From the human T2T-CHM13v2.0 reference genome, Homo sapiens, in NCBI RefSeq assembly GCF_009914755.1, contig NC_060925.1: a DNA stretch of 64,000 bases; one strand, written 5' to 3'. Under the pieces are notes generated by a model. The model saw only the letters and a program-made list of their open reading frames with translations, made no database searches and had not been told where the DNA came from. Positions 14,245 to 29,722 of the stretch are shown one piece after another (position 1 is the stretch's first letter; every line of letters starts with the position of its first letter). A program made the translations under genes and the position numbers.

Positions 14245-14920
14245 AGTCAGGGGCGTTTGAACAAGAGTGACTCCATCTTGAATACAGGGTGGTTAAAAAT
14301 AAGTCTGAGACCTACTGGGCTGCATTCCCAGAAGCTTAGACATTCTTAGACACAGGATGAGATAGAAGGTCGGCACAAGATACAGGTCACAAAGACTTTG
14401 CTGATAAAACAGGATGCGGTAAAGAAGCCGGCTAAAACCAAGATGACTATGAAAGTGACCTCTGATTGTCCTCACCGCTCACGATATGCCAATTATAATA
14501 CATTAATATGTATTGTCATGGCGCTGGGGGGTGATATGTTAATTATAATATATTAATATGTACTGTCACGGCACTGACACTCCCACTAGCGCCATGACAC
14601 TCCCGCCAGCGCTATGACAGTTTACAAATGCCATGACAATGCCAGGAAGTTACCTTACACATTCGAAAAAAAGGAGAGGGACCCTCAGTTCCAGGAAATC
14701 TCTGTCGCATTCCTGGAAACTCATGAATAATCCTCCCCTCGTTTAGCATAAAATCATACTCAGTTGAGCAGCCCCCACTGCTGCTCTGCCTATAGAATAG
14801 CCATTCTATTATTCCTTAACTTCCTTAGTAAACTTGCTTTTATTTTACTCTATGGCCTTGCCCCAGATTCTTTCTCGAACCCTCTCTTGGAGTCTCCATC
14901 TGAACCCCTTTCCAGGAACA
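14245..14920 (+). mobile_element. MER41(B-like) solo LTR nested in the provirus
   Basis: GTCAGGGGCGTTTGAACAAGAGTGACTCCATCTTGAATA start; homologous to 7585-8223; TSD GCCC/GCCG. Confidence 0.9.
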
Positions 14921-15476
14921 GCCGTATAGACTGGTCAGTTTCATGGTTCCATTCAGACCAGCAGTTAAGACAAATTTTGCTGTGGGTTCCCAAAATAAAA
15001 CAGGATAAGATTCCCTCTTGTCTTGTTTTATGTCCTTGAGAGCTTGACTTGTGACCAAGCGGGAGCACTCTCTCGGTCCCTGCTGTCCAGCGAGCATGAT
15101 TTTTGGATCATATCTGGTGGCCAGTCTGAAAATGGCTGGGAACCTGAGACACATACGACATTGAGCAGCACGCTTTTTGTTCCAAAGGTGTCAAGCTCTC
15201 AGGGGAGTTTGTCTTAATAAAAAGTCCCATGCACAAAGGGCTTTTGTTGTCTCAACCCCTGTTGTCTGGTTAGCCCTGGGGAAGCCCGATCCCAGGAGGG
15301 TCTGCTTGGTGTCATAGATTAACAGGTCTGTGACTGGTAGACCCCACCTATTTATGGGGTTCTGGAGACACCATACACACAAACACCATCCTCAACCATC
15401 TGTGGCAAGAGTCTTTTGCTATCTTAGCGTAAACCTTGGAGTGAATTTTTGGAGATCATGGGGACTTCCTCTTCTA

Positions 15477-16419
<943 letters not shown>

Positions 16420-18020
16420 CCAGGAACACCACTTACTTATATGGTAGAAACCTATTCTAAACCTAGAAAATTACTTCCTGGGCTTTCCATGAAGAGGTTT
16501 ATTGAATTGAGTCACTACTGGAATAAGTACACCATTGGAAATTATTTATGTAACTTTTGACTTTTGAGGGTACTCATTTGTTTTTGATCCTTTTTCCTTC
16601 CATGGACAGCTTTTGATTTCCTATCTCCCATCTGTAGGGCATATGGGCCGTTTGGACCTTCGTGTGTAGATGGTCAGCTGAGAAACTGAGGCCCTAGAGA
16701 ATATGGCAGGACAGAAACATGGATTGGACCCCGTTTGTGGCTAGTGAAACTTGCTTTTCTTTGAGCTATCTTTGGGGGTGGTTCTGGATCTTGTGAAGAC
16801 TGATTTGTACCTCTTTGTAGATGCCTAGTGCGTCCTTGGTCAAGTTATAACCTTAGTTAAGGCTTATTGGTTTGGTGAGTCATTTGGTAAGGTATCTTTT
16901 GTTTAAAAGCAAAAAAAAAAAATGTTCAAAAGCCAAGAATATTGGGTGTCCTGGCTGAAATCTGATAACAAATTTTTAAAAATTCTTTTAAAGATCTCTA
17001 TAGTCAGAAGTCAGCTTAATTAAAAGCTAATACTCAGGCTAGTATTTTTTTTAAAAAGGCTTTCTTGCTTTTTCTCCTCTGGATCCTATTGCTGGGAAGC
17101 TTTTTAGTTGATTGAAACCACTTTTTAATATATTTGGTCCCTCTGTTTGCTCCTTTTCTTGTTGGAATGACTTTTGCTGAGAAAAATGTCAAACTTCATT
17201 GGCATTTTAGAAAGCTTAAAATCTTCCCAAATTGGCTCCTCTAAGAATTGTCGTCTCATTTACTTCTACTTCTACTTCCTCTGTGCCATCTTTGATAGCT
17301 CATAAAGAAAGCTAGAGGTGATTTCTAGTGTCCCTGAGACCCCTTGAGGAACACAGAAAAAGGAAGACAGAAGACCCCACACACCCTTCTTGGGGTCTTC
17401 TGCCCTCCTTGCGTAGTCTCAAGATTTAACGGCAGTTTCCTCTCCAGTCTAAAGCTCTACTCTCATTTGCTAGTTATCTGATCTCTTTGGCCTTGGGGAA
17501 TACAGGGGTTACTTTGTACTGTACAAGAACACAGTCTTTGGGTGTACAGTGGCCAGAAAGTCACCTGTGAGGGATGCAGTTTTGGAAGTGGCTGACTGCA
17601 TTTGCAATGGATGGTTGTTACTACAGAGGGCTACTTGTTTCTTTGCCCATTTAGATAAGAAGGGCACAGTTTGAACACATGGAGACTGCAGGAACAGGCA
17701 GATTGTGTCACCCACCAGCCTCAGGAAAATGTCTTTGCAGCAACTGCACTGTGGAAGCATTGAGCAGCCTGTTTCCTCTTTTTGGGGGACCTGAGACTCA
17801 TTGTAAAAGTGAGATCTTTGATTTTTAATGATTTAAATTATCTGCTTTCCAGCTGCACCTACTTTTCATATATTTAAATATTAGCACCTGCAAGTCTCAA
17901 ATGCTTTGTTTGTTCTATTTGTTGATGAGCTCCACTCTGAGCTCCATGGTCCAGCTGGAAAACAGAGACTAAATGAGAAGCTACCTATCTAAATGAAATT
18001 GGTATTCTTATAAAATCCTA

Positions 18021-18325
<305 letters not shown>

Positions 18326-19596
18326 TATATTCTATGATGCATTCTTATGATTTTGTATTCCCTTGGCATCCATTTTTAATCTTCCTCTAAATAACAAACC
18401 CAGTTTCTATCTTGAAATAGCTTAAATTCTCTCTCTGCTTTGAGATATAAATTTTCTACCAGTTCTCTCTAAAACTTAGTAAGGGCTTCCACCGTGTAAA
18501 AGGGATTAACTTATTCCATTTACAGAGTCACCATTTCACCCAACTGTCCAGCCAGTGAGTTTTATCTGACTCAGGACTGAAAATTTAAAATCAATGCTAT
18601 AATAACTTTGCACCTGTCTGTATTTTATTTGTACATATCTGTATTTGTATATTGTCTACCTGGTACCAAATTGACTTATAAATAAATGAATACTCATAAA
18701 TTAATAAGCCCAAATGCTTTTCAAATTTATATGATGTTAGTTATCTTTCATGAATAACACTAGTTTTAAAATTGTTGGTAAAATAAAATATAATGTTTTT
18801 AGAATTTAAGACATTTTTGCCTGGGTGTACTGGTCAGACCAATTTATACTGTCTTTATGGGATGTTTTAGGGTCATATAACTGTGACTTCTATGATATTT
18901 TTGTATTTGTTTGATTTGTTTATGAGCTTATGCTTTGATTTTGACCCTTTGGATTCTGGGGTCTACACAAGTGGCCATGGTGAGGACTGGGGACATATGT
19001 GTGTCCCCACAGCCTGGACCGCATCCTCTCTGCCCCAGCTGTGCCTCTTGGTCATGCCTGGAAGGATCTAATCCCTTAGACATGGTCTTCACAGCTCTGT
19101 CCTCTGTCCTAGGCTCCAAGTCTGGTATATAACAACTCAAAATGCTTACTTCCTAGGTTTTTCACTAAAAATTACAGTTACTAAGAGTTAACATTGTAAT
19201 TAATATATATATATACAATTAAAACTACTAGCTGTAAGAGAAGCAATTCTATATGCAAAGTATATAATAAAAGTAGAATGTGTTTTTCATTTAAAAAAGG
19301 ATTATAAAAACATGAGAATGTGGTTTTTGTTAAAGGGAAAGTAGTTTTGCCTAGTTTAGAGGCTATTTACATGTTGTTTTAAATTGAAGGAATTTTTAAA
19401 ATGATAGATAAAACTGAATGGATATGAAATGCTTGGAAAAGAAAAAGAGAAAAATTGTAGGAGTTTATAAAAAGTTTATAGAAATCTTGCGTGGTCAATG
19501 CTGATTGAGATTGGATGGATATATTAATAAGGTTTTTTAAAAATTAGCTTTAGTATTAATAATACACTGATACAAGGGCAGAATTTGATTCTGTCT

Positions 19597-19895
19597 CTCC
19601 CTCTCTCTTTTTAGAAACAGGAGCTCACTTTGTCATCCAGGCTGGAGTACAGTGGCACAATTAGAGCTCACTGCAGTTTTGACACCCTGGGCTCAATTAA
19701 TCCTCCTGCCTCAGCCTCTCAAGTACCTAGAACTACAGACATGAGCCACCATGCTTGGCTAATTTTTAAAATTTTTTGTAGAGACAAGTTCTCACTATGT
19801 TTCCCAGGCTGGTCTCAAACTTCTGGCCTCAAGCAACCCTCCTGCCTCGGCCTCCCAAAGTCTTGGGATTACAGATAGAGCCACTGTGACCAGCC
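19597..19895 (-). mobile_element. Alu (AluJ-like)
   Basis: Reverse Alu dimer. Confidence 0.92.
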
Positions 19896-20434
19896 TGATT
19901 TTCTCTTTTGAACAAGATTTTCATGTAGTATTAATAAGAGGTAAAAGATTTTTGTTCGCCTTTTGAATAATCTGCAAAAAAGTACAGAAGGGGAGAGAGG
20001 GAGAGACAGATTCTGTTGCTGTCATAATGTCTTTATTAGGTGTTTTGATTGTTTGGAAAATTGAGTCTCCTCTCTATCAAAGAGCAACATTTTTGCTTTT
20101 TGAAATATTCGAATTATCACTTGGCTAAATAAATTACCTTTTTTTAACAGTGATCTATGATCCTGTTTTGATCAAGTGTTTTAAACTTTTCTCATTTTGA
20201 TATCAAGTGTGTTAAACCCTTGATATTTAACATGCTTCCCCAAATCAAATCTTAAATCCTAAAATTTAGACTTTTTGACCCCAAACTAATTTGGATATTC
20301 CATATAGGGTCACTGGAAGTCCAAGAGAAACATACTAGGCTTATTTGGTATGTTAAAATCACACCGGAATTATTGTCAAATAAGAAATGGGATTTGACTT
20401 TTTTTGAGTTCTACTTTTATGGATATGTTATTAA

Positions 20435-20563
20435 CCCATTTATGCCTGAGGTTGCAATTTTTTGAATTTTTGCAATCAGACCTTGGTGATGACCTTGAGC
20501 AGTATGATATAAATAACCCATGTGCTTAGTGTTCCAGTAATGGAACACTAGGCATAAATTGGT
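20435..20563 (-). mobile_element. MER85 piggyBac (PGBD3-derived) MITE
   Basis: TTAA flanks (20431-34, 20564-67), TIRs CCCATTTATGCCT / AGGCATAAATTGG, internal palindrome GTTCCAGTAATGGAAC. Confidence 0.92.
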
Positions 20564-23034
20564 TTAATATGTGTTCAAAAATTGCATGACATTTGTGGTA
20601 TGTCTTAGTATAGGCAGTAAATTGCTTTAGTTTGATGCTTTATTTTCTAAAAGCACTTGGCAGATCCTAAAGTGTTGAGTCTTCAAGGCAATTCATGGAA
20701 AGGAATCTGACAAGTAATCTTGAATACAGGTTTCCAATAACTTTGGAGATTATACTATTGGACTAGATAAAAACTTCCAGAACTGTAGTAAAAAGAAAAA
20801 CAAAACCTGATGAGTTCATGAAGATTCCTAATTCAAGATCAAGCAAAACTAGAATTAATTACATTGGATTGAACTGATAGAGAATTAAAATCATTCTTAT
20901 GGCTTTGGTTTGAAATATTGCGGATCCTTTTTGTGTTTTGTTTTCTAGAGTCAAGAAATTCTTTTTTTTCTTTTGAGCTATTTATAGCATATAGCAATTG
21001 TGTAAAATATACTTTTGTGAACAAAATTGAAACATTTACCCTCCTCTCTACCTGATTTCTCCAGAATTCAGGAATTATAAATATCCTTATTTTTTGGCAA
21101 TATAGTTACCTCCATAAATTCAATAAGGATCTATTTTCTTACATAATAGGACATGTTGGAAACACTGGTTATCTTACTAAAGTTTTGACTGAATATCATA
21201 TTTTCAAATATGAACAGACTGCTTTGAGGGATTAAGGTTGACTTTTTAAAGCCAATAGGCTTGGGAAAATATCGACCTGGTATCTTGTCTACACAGTTCC
21301 CTTACAGGATTCCTGACCTTGTGATAAATATGAAAATTTTTGACAGACCCATGAGCCTCAAAATATTTGGGGAACCTCAAGAAGAGAGGAATTTGCTCAA
21401 TTCATACAGGTTTTACAGGCATAGTCTGGGGGCAAATTTTTGACTTGGCTTTCTCTCAAGAGACTTCTAAAAGTCTAATCTGAGATTCGTTACAAGAAAG
21501 TTCCAGCAAACCCCACTTAAACAGAGCCTTTTTAAGGTTCTATATGGCCAACCACTATTCTTACCACGCTTTATGGAAATAATCAGGCCAAACATAATAA
21601 GACTAAAACTTATTGTGCAAATAAATTGGTCCTTCTATAATGTGTCTTTGGTAGAAATGGAAACTGAAGAGATAAAAATTATGTTTCAGAAGAAAACTAC
21701 AGTACACCTGTTATTGGATTCTAACCCTGACTATTTTTTTTTTGAGTTTGTATTATTTGCCTACAATTTGGACTGAATCCTGAATTTTTTCCTGTCTACA
21801 AGTCTCCAAACTGATGTTTCCAAATTTGTCTTCCATTTTCTGACTTGGACTCAATGAAATTGCTATTACCGTTTTTCCTGAGGCCCTGCAAGCTGAAGCT
21901 CATACATAAACAACTTGTGACATGCAAACTACAGATAAGAAAAGTATATCAGATGGCCACTGCCTACTTCCACATTAACTGAAGATGCTCCTAATCTAAC
22001 ATCAAGAAACCTCAACTGACTGCCCTCCAGGCTCTAAGGAAACAGGTTTTTAGATTGTTCCAAACATTAACCTCTGTTTTCTTTCTGAGATTCCGTCTGC
22101 AGCACCAGCTCCTGAAATGAAACAGGACTGGCCGATTCCCAGAAATGGGAGACTTTGCATACTCAACTCTTAACATGATTTTTCTCTCCACAGCCACAGA
22201 CTCAGCTTTTAGTGTGCAAAACTTCTAGGGAAGTTTCAGACAGGGGAATGTTGGGGCTTAGAAACCAAAACCCCAAAATATGGCACGTTGTTATGCTGAA
22301 CTGGAGAAGCAGCCTCAAGTTCTCTCTGACCTTTCCTTCTCTCCTGTCTCTTGATTCTCTGTCTCCTTCAAAGCACAGGATAAATTTTTTCTGTGAAGTT
22401 CCCTTTTCTGCCTAAAGTTTGACCCACCAAAGGAGAAAACAATTACCTCTGGTACCATCACTGAGTTTCACGATCAGAACTCATATGACAGAAAGAAAGA
22501 CTGAAGCCTGTCAACACCGCTGGACAGACATTTGTTACAAACCGTTGTCTGTTCTGTGGACCCAACAGATTTTGTCCCAGGCCATCATATGTTCTTCAAG
22601 CCCATTAATTCCCCTAAAAATCATATGTTATCTCCCTAAAATCACCCACACTTTTCCATCTTCCTTTCCCTTAAGAGGAGGAGTATATAACCCTTTATAC
22701 CACATTGAGTGGTGGGGATCACTCTGTGATTCTCCTCTGTGCACATTAATAACTGTGTGTTCCACTTCTATGAATTTCTCTGCTGTCAGTTGATTTTCAG
22801 TGAACTTTCAGAGGATGAAGGGGAAGTTTTCCTGTCGCCCCTACACCACCTCTTCCCAAGAGCCTGCTGTGATCAACCACTTCCTTGGCCATCACAAGTG
22901 TTCACTATGCTGAAAGGTCACCGGAGTCTTTGTTTTGGGGGTTTGGCTTTACTTTAAGAGTTCTATTGAGCTATAATCTACATATCATAAAAATTCACCT
23001 GTCCTAAGTATACAATTCGGTGATCAAGACTTTG

Positions 23035-23340
23035 GTTTTTCTGTTTGTTTGGTTTTTTTGAGATGGAGTCTCCTTCTGTCACCCAGGCTGGAGTGCAGTG
23101 GCGTGATCTCAGCTCACTGCAAACCTCCACCTCCCAGGTTCAGGGGATTCTCCTGCCTTAGCCTCCTGAGTAGCTGGGACTACATGCACACATCGCCACA
23201 CCTGGCTACTTTTTGTATTTTTAGTAGAGACAAGGTTTCACCATATTGGTCAGGCTGGTCTCAAACTCCTGACCTCATGATCCACCTTCCTTGGCCTTCC
23301 AAAGTGCTGGAATTACAGGTATGAGCAACCGCATTCAACC
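23035..23340 (-). mobile_element. Alu (AluS-type)
   Basis: Reverse Alu dimer. Confidence 0.93.
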
Positions 23341-23342
23341 CG

Positions 23343-23637
23343 TTTTGTTTTGTTTTGCTTTGTTTTTTGAGACAGGGTCTTGCTCTGTCACCCGGGCTGG
23401 AGTGCAGTGGTACGACCATGGCTCACTGCAACCTCCTCCTCCCAGGCCCAAGTGATCCTCCCACCTCAGCCTCCTGAGTAGCTGAGATTATAGGTACACA
23501 CCACCACACCTGGCTAGTTTTTGTATTATTATTTCTTGTTGCTGTTTGAGAGATGGTGTTTCGCCATGATGCCCAGGCTGGTCTCGAACTCCTGGGCTCA
23601 AACCATGATGACAGGCAGGAGCCACTGCATCCAGCCA
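23343..23637 (-). mobile_element. Alu (AluJ-like), tandem with the previous Alu
   Basis: Reverse Alu with a rearranged/deleted 5' end. Confidence 0.9.
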
Positions 23638-23849
23638 AGGTTTTGTTTTTCTACCTCAACCTGAACATATATTGATTTCTAGCTATGACCATTATTCACA
23701 CACCTCTCTCAGTTTCCTCTTGAGCTTGGGACCAGGGTATTCTCACCTCTGAGTTCCCCACTAGCAGGGCATGCATCCACCGGGTGCTGAGCAAGGTGGG
23801 TTCACACACACGTGCATTATTTCCCTTGGGGGAAAGAGCATTTGAGAAA

Positions 23850-24100
23850 TAATAAGAGCTGGCATTTCATAGCAGCTGCTAGATCCCAGAGCCTGTACAA
23901 AGTGCTCTACACGCACGACCTAGGCAAACAATCAGGAACCCCATGAGATGAGATGTATGACCCTTTTTTTACAGATAAGAATACTGAAGCACAGAAAAAG
24001 TCAATAACTTGCCCCAAGTCACACAGTTAGCAAGTAGCAGAGCTAGGCCTCAAACCAAGGGAGTCTGGCTCTAGACCCTTGCCTTTAACCAAAGTGCTCT
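23850..24100 (-). mobile_element. MIR SINE
   Basis: TTTTACAGATAAGAATACTGAAGCACAGA...TAACTTGCCCCAAGTCACACAG. Confidence 0.85.
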
Positions 24101-25310
24101 AATGTTAGGGTGACCCAACCCCATTAACAGGGCCTCTATGGGGCTGGAGTTTATCAGGACAAAGCCAACAGGAAAAGAAACTACAGGAGGAGGAGGAGGC
24201 AGCCCTTCTGCTCACTGTCAGCTTTCTGAGTAGCCGCAGCTATGAGCCTTCTCACATTGCCCATCTGCTCAGCGGGTCCCTGCCACTTACCAACTCATCC
24301 TAAGGATCTGGATAGTTTGCTAAGCAAGTTTGCATCCATTGTTTGATGGGAGCTCACAGCAGCCTGAGGAGCTGTGCAGGCTAGGAATGATTACCTTCAT
24401 TTTATCACCAGGAAACTCAGAGAGGTGTGGTAACTTGCCCAGAGTCACACAGCTTATTCACACAGCTTAAGAAGTGGCACAGATGTGGTTCACAATGAGG
24501 CCATCAACAGCATGCTCTTCACCACTCCTCCCCACTGAAGTGGGGGAATACAGCACAAGCCTTGGCCAGGCCTTGGGGCCAGCCTGGAGGCTTGGGGCTT
24601 CTGTAGAGGAATTCGTCCAACCTGAGATATAAGAGGATCAAACACACACTGAGGTCAGCCATGGAACTGCACAAATGTGGAGCAGTCCCGGAGAGATGAG
24701 CAACCCACTTTGAAAGCCAACTAACTGTGAATATTCAAGTTCCCAAATTAACTGAACCTAGATTTATAAAAGAAGTGCCCTCCTCCCATGGGCTCCTGCC
24801 CTCTGGGTTTCCAGTCCTTCCCCAGACTCATCATTTTGGGGGTGAGATTCTAGATTCCTACTCCTTCTGCCTCTGTGCTCTCACCCCCCAGAAACTTCCT
24901 TTCCTTCCTTGAACTTGCCTCTGGTAATAGCACCCAGGATACCGCATATGAGAACAATGTATGTGGCCAACACGTGTAGAGCAGCTCACAGGTAACTGTG
25001 TGCCAGGCACTGGGCTACGAACTTCTGGATGTTTTTCTCAGGAGTTCCACAACAATTCCTTCACATGTATTGTTACACAGACACGCCAGACACACAGAGG
25101 AGGCCTGCGGCTTAGGGTGTTGAGAATTTGCCTCCCTCCCTCGCTGACAGCTTCTGAATCCTCTTGGGACCCATCCTCAGGACAAGAGAAGGCCAATTCT
25201 TCTCCATCCAGATTATACAAGGTGGGAACCAGGAATCTGCATTTGTAGCAAGTCCCCTGGCCAGTCATTGTTCTCTCCCTGGGGAAACTGAGTCTTGAGG
25301 CAGGGGGTGG

Positions 25311-25660
25311 TGGTATGGTTTGGCTCTGTGTCCCCACCCAAATCTCATCTTGAATTGTACTCCCATAATTCCCATGTGTTGTGGGAGGGACCCAGTGGGA
25401 GATAATTGAATCATAGTGGCGGTTTCCCCCATACTGTTCTCATGGTAGTGATTAAGTCTCACGAGATCTGATGGTTTTATCAGGGGTTTCCATTTTTGCA
25501 TCTTTCTCATTTTCTCTTGCCGCTGCCATGTAAGAAGTGCCGTTTGCCTCCCGCCATGATTCTGAGGCCTCCCCAGCCATATGGAACTGTAAGTCCAATT
25601 AAACTTCTTTTTCTTCCCAGTCTCGGGTACGTCTTTATCAGCAGAAAACGGACTAATACA
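25311..25660 (+). mobile_element. THE1 MaLR solo LTR
   Basis: TATGGTTTGGCTCTGTGTCCCCACCCAAATCTCATCTTGAATTGTA...GGACTAATACA. Confidence 0.95.
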
Positions 25661-25682
25661 GGGAGGTTAAGAACCGACTCAG

Positions 25683-25981
25683 GGGGCAGGCACAGTGGCT
25701 CATGACTGTAATCCCAGCACTTTGGGAGGCCAAGATGGGCATATCACTTGAGGTCAGGAGTTCGAGACCAACCTGGCCAGCATGATGAAACCCCATCTCT
25801 ACCAAAAATACAAAAAATTAGCCAGGTGTGGTGGTAGACACCTGTAATCCCAGCTACTCGGGAGGCTGAGGCACGAGAGAATTGCTTGAATCCAGGAGGC
25901 AGAAGTTGCAGTGAGCCGAGATTGCATGACTGCACTCTAGCCTGGGCAACAGAGTGAGACTCTGTCAAAAAAAAAAAAAAA
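25683..25981 (+). mobile_element. Alu (AluS-type)
   Basis: Dimer; TSD AAGAACCGACTCAG/AAGAACCTACTCAG. Confidence 0.95.
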
Positions 25982-26799
25982 GAACCTACTCAGAGTCACC
26001 CAGCTTATAGGCTGCAGAGCTGAGGCTCAGAGGCCAAAGTCCAGCCCACCATCACCTGATGGCGACCTCATCTCCCATGCAACTGAGTAACAAGCACACG
26101 TGTGGTACCCAATTTTGGCTGGTCAGGAACTCCGGTGCTCAGGCTGGGAGGGCCAAGGTGAGAATCAGTGCTGCCCAGACCCTAACAGCAGGCTCAGGCC
26201 TAGATCTGAGTGCTGCATCCACTCCATCCTCCCAGAGGCAAAGAAGGCTGGAGGAGAACGACTGAGATCCACCTCCCAGAGCAGCCAGGAAGGAGGAAGT
26301 TTCATTTGCTGGAATTGGAGCAGCACCACCCACCTGCTTGAGGAGTTGCTAATAATGGCTGAGTTTCAATGAATTAGCAGTGACAATGTTACAGATCAAG
26401 GGTTCTCCTGGAACTGAGTGCATTAGCCAGAGATGGTATCCTGAGCATCTTTGCCTCAGGGCTGGGGAGAGGAGGCAAAACGAGGGAGGGAGAAAAGACA
26501 CCAAGGGTGGAGGTTTGCTACAAATGGGGGAGAGAGCTGAAAAGGAATCACTGGGCACTGAGAACTTTAGGCTAAGGGAAGCAGGACAGCAGAGAATCAC
26601 ACGCTCAGATTCCCAGGCTGCCACTTGACCTCAAACTGATATCCTCCATGTAGAATAAGATTAGCTGACAATAACAACAGCGATGAAATAGTGATAATGA
26701 CTGGCTTTTACTGAGCAATTGTTAGATGCCAAGCGCTGCTCTCAGTGCTTTCCATACATTAACTAATTTAACCTTCACAACAACTCTACAGGTGAGTAC

Positions 26800-27445
26800 C
26801 TGCAGCTATTATAAAACATGACTGCAGTCCAGGCACAGTGGCTCAAACCTGCAGTCCTAGCACTTTGGGACACTGAGGCAGGAGGATCACTTGAGCCCAG
26901 GAGGAGATTGAGGCTGCAGTGAGTCATGATTGCACTATTGCACTCCAGCCTGGGCAACAGAGCAAGAAGCTCTCTCTAAGTAAATAAATAAAACATGACT
27001 GCAAGTTCTTTTTCCTTTAGTCCACTGGGAGATATGGTCTCTGTAATTTTCCCTTGAGTCTGGGCAGGGCTATAACTAGTAGAATACAGTGGAAAGTGAT
27101 GTCATGTGACTTTCAAAGCTGGACAAGCAAAGGCAAAGCAGTTTCTGCCTTGTTTATGGGAGCACTGGCTTTTGGGGCCCTGAGTTTCCACATGAGAAGT
27201 CTCGCTACCCTGAGGTCACCATGCTGTGAGGAAGCTCAAGCTACATGGGGAGGCACTATATGAAGGTGCTTCTGTCCACAGTCCCCCAGGTGAAACTACA
27301 GACTACACAGAGCAGAGACAAGCCATCCCCACCATGCCTTATCCAAATTCCCATCCTGAAGAATCATTAGCATGATAAAAATGGGGGCTGTTCTATGCCA
27401 CAAAGTTTTGGGGTGGTTTTCTACACAGCAGTAGATAATCAGAAC
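26800..27445 (+). mobile_element. MLT1-type MaLR LTR containing an Alu monomer (FRAM-like, 26827-26990)
   Basis: MLT1 motifs (CACCATGCTGTGAGGAAGCTCAAGC; GCAGTAGATAATCAGAACA); monomer TSD ATAAAACATGACTGCA. Confidence 0.8.
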
Positions 27446-28090
27446 AGTATTATTATCATCTCCATTTCCTGGTTGAGGAAGCTGCTGCACCACAAATGAT
27501 AAAGATGACATCAAGCCCAGGTCTGGTCCCAGAATCCATGGGCTTAAAAGCCCTCAATAAATGATAGTGGTTATAATTACTACAGCCCTGTCATTATTCA
27601 TAATACTTTTGTGGCCTAATCGCAGAACCTATGTTGACTCCAAAAACCCACTTTGGCAGCTAGAGATAATTAAAAGTAATTACATTCTTTACCAAAGTCT
27701 CTCAAGGTGACTCAAAAATGTAGTCCCCAACCTTATTAACATCCTTTTCCCTCTCCCATCCACCTCCCTCATAGCCCACTCTCTCAGCACGCTTTTCAGA
27801 TTTACTCCCCATAAACCCTCCTCCTCTGCAGGCTGTGCCAGTCTCAGCTTCTCCTCCACCCAGCCCTCACCACCTTATTACCCAGGTAGAAAGGATTCTT
27901 CTGCCTTAAAAAATGGGTCCAGGACACATCGCCTGACAGTTCTGGAGTTCTCCACTACAAACAGGTGAAGTGTAGACAGTCTGGCAATGCTCCCACCTCT
28001 CACTTGGGCCATTTTTGTCCGCCTCCCCCATTCCTGGAAGACCCTGGCCTTTCTGGTAATTTCAGAAGCTCTGATGAATATCAAGAGTTC

Positions 28091-28385
28091 GGCCAGGCAC
28101 GGTGGTTAATGCCTGTAATCCCAGCACTTTGGGAGGCCGAGGCAGGTGGATCAGCTGAGGTCTGGAGTTCGAGACCAGCCTGGTCAATATGATGAAACCC
28201 TGTCTCTACTAAAAATGCAGAAATTAGCCAGGTGTGGTGGTGCACCCCTGTAATCCTAGCTACTCAGGAGGCTGAAGTGGGGGAATTGCTTGAACCCAGG
28301 AGGTGGAGGCTGCAGTGAGCCAAGATGGTGCCACTGCCCAGCCTGGGCAACAGAGCAAGACCCCATCTCAAAAAAAAAAAAAAAT
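28091..28385 (+). mobile_element. Alu (AluS-type)
   Basis: Dimer; TSD AAGAGTTC. Confidence 0.95.
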
Positions 28386-29198
28386 TAAGAGTTCCCCAGA
28401 AGCTCCCAGTTTTGGGTTAAAGAAGCCCCAGTATTCCAGGAAGGCAGTGGCTTTCAAAAGATGACATCTTTACCCAGTTGTTCCCAGAGGCATGAATGTT
28501 CAAATGTCCAAAATTGGAACTCCTCCCACCTCGTAGCTGACCAACCTCTCCCATGTCCCATCTCAGGGATAATGGCACCCCTCCACCCAGTCAATAACAG
28601 CAGCATCCCAGAGTCATGCCAGGGGCCTCTTCCTAAGCCAAGGTCCTGTGGGTTCTCCACCCACACATCTCTCGGATTCTTCCCCAATGCTCTGTCCCCT
28701 CTGTCCCCAGCATCCGCTCTCCCTTTCCACAGGTGCCCAAGCCAGGAATTCAGGTGTCCTCTTTCTCTCCTTCTCCATCACAATTCTGGTTGATTCTATA
28801 CCCTTAAAATCCTCTCCTTCCAGCCTCCTCTCTCCATCCTCACTGTCCCATTATCCAGGCCCTCACCTTCTCTGGCAGGTCTCCCAGCCTCTGGTGTCTC
28901 ACCTCCCCTGAGTCTTGCTTCAGGCCACTGGAAGGTGAGCACCCTGCTTGTCAGTTTATTGTTGTTTTCCTGGAGCCTAGGACAGCCTGCAGTGATGAAG
29001 CTGTGACTGCACTCAGCTCTGGTCCCATCCCAAGCCCACCATAGAGAGGTTGTGGTTCCCATCCCTAGAGCAGCTGAATCTCCATTTCCATATCTTCTGC
29101 ATCTGTGGATGCCTCGATGCCACCCTGATTCCTGGGTCCTGGATGTTGGGACCTTTCCCCAGAGTCCACTTCGCTGCCTTTGTTCTTTAGGAGCTTGA

Positions 29199-29722
<524 letters not shown>

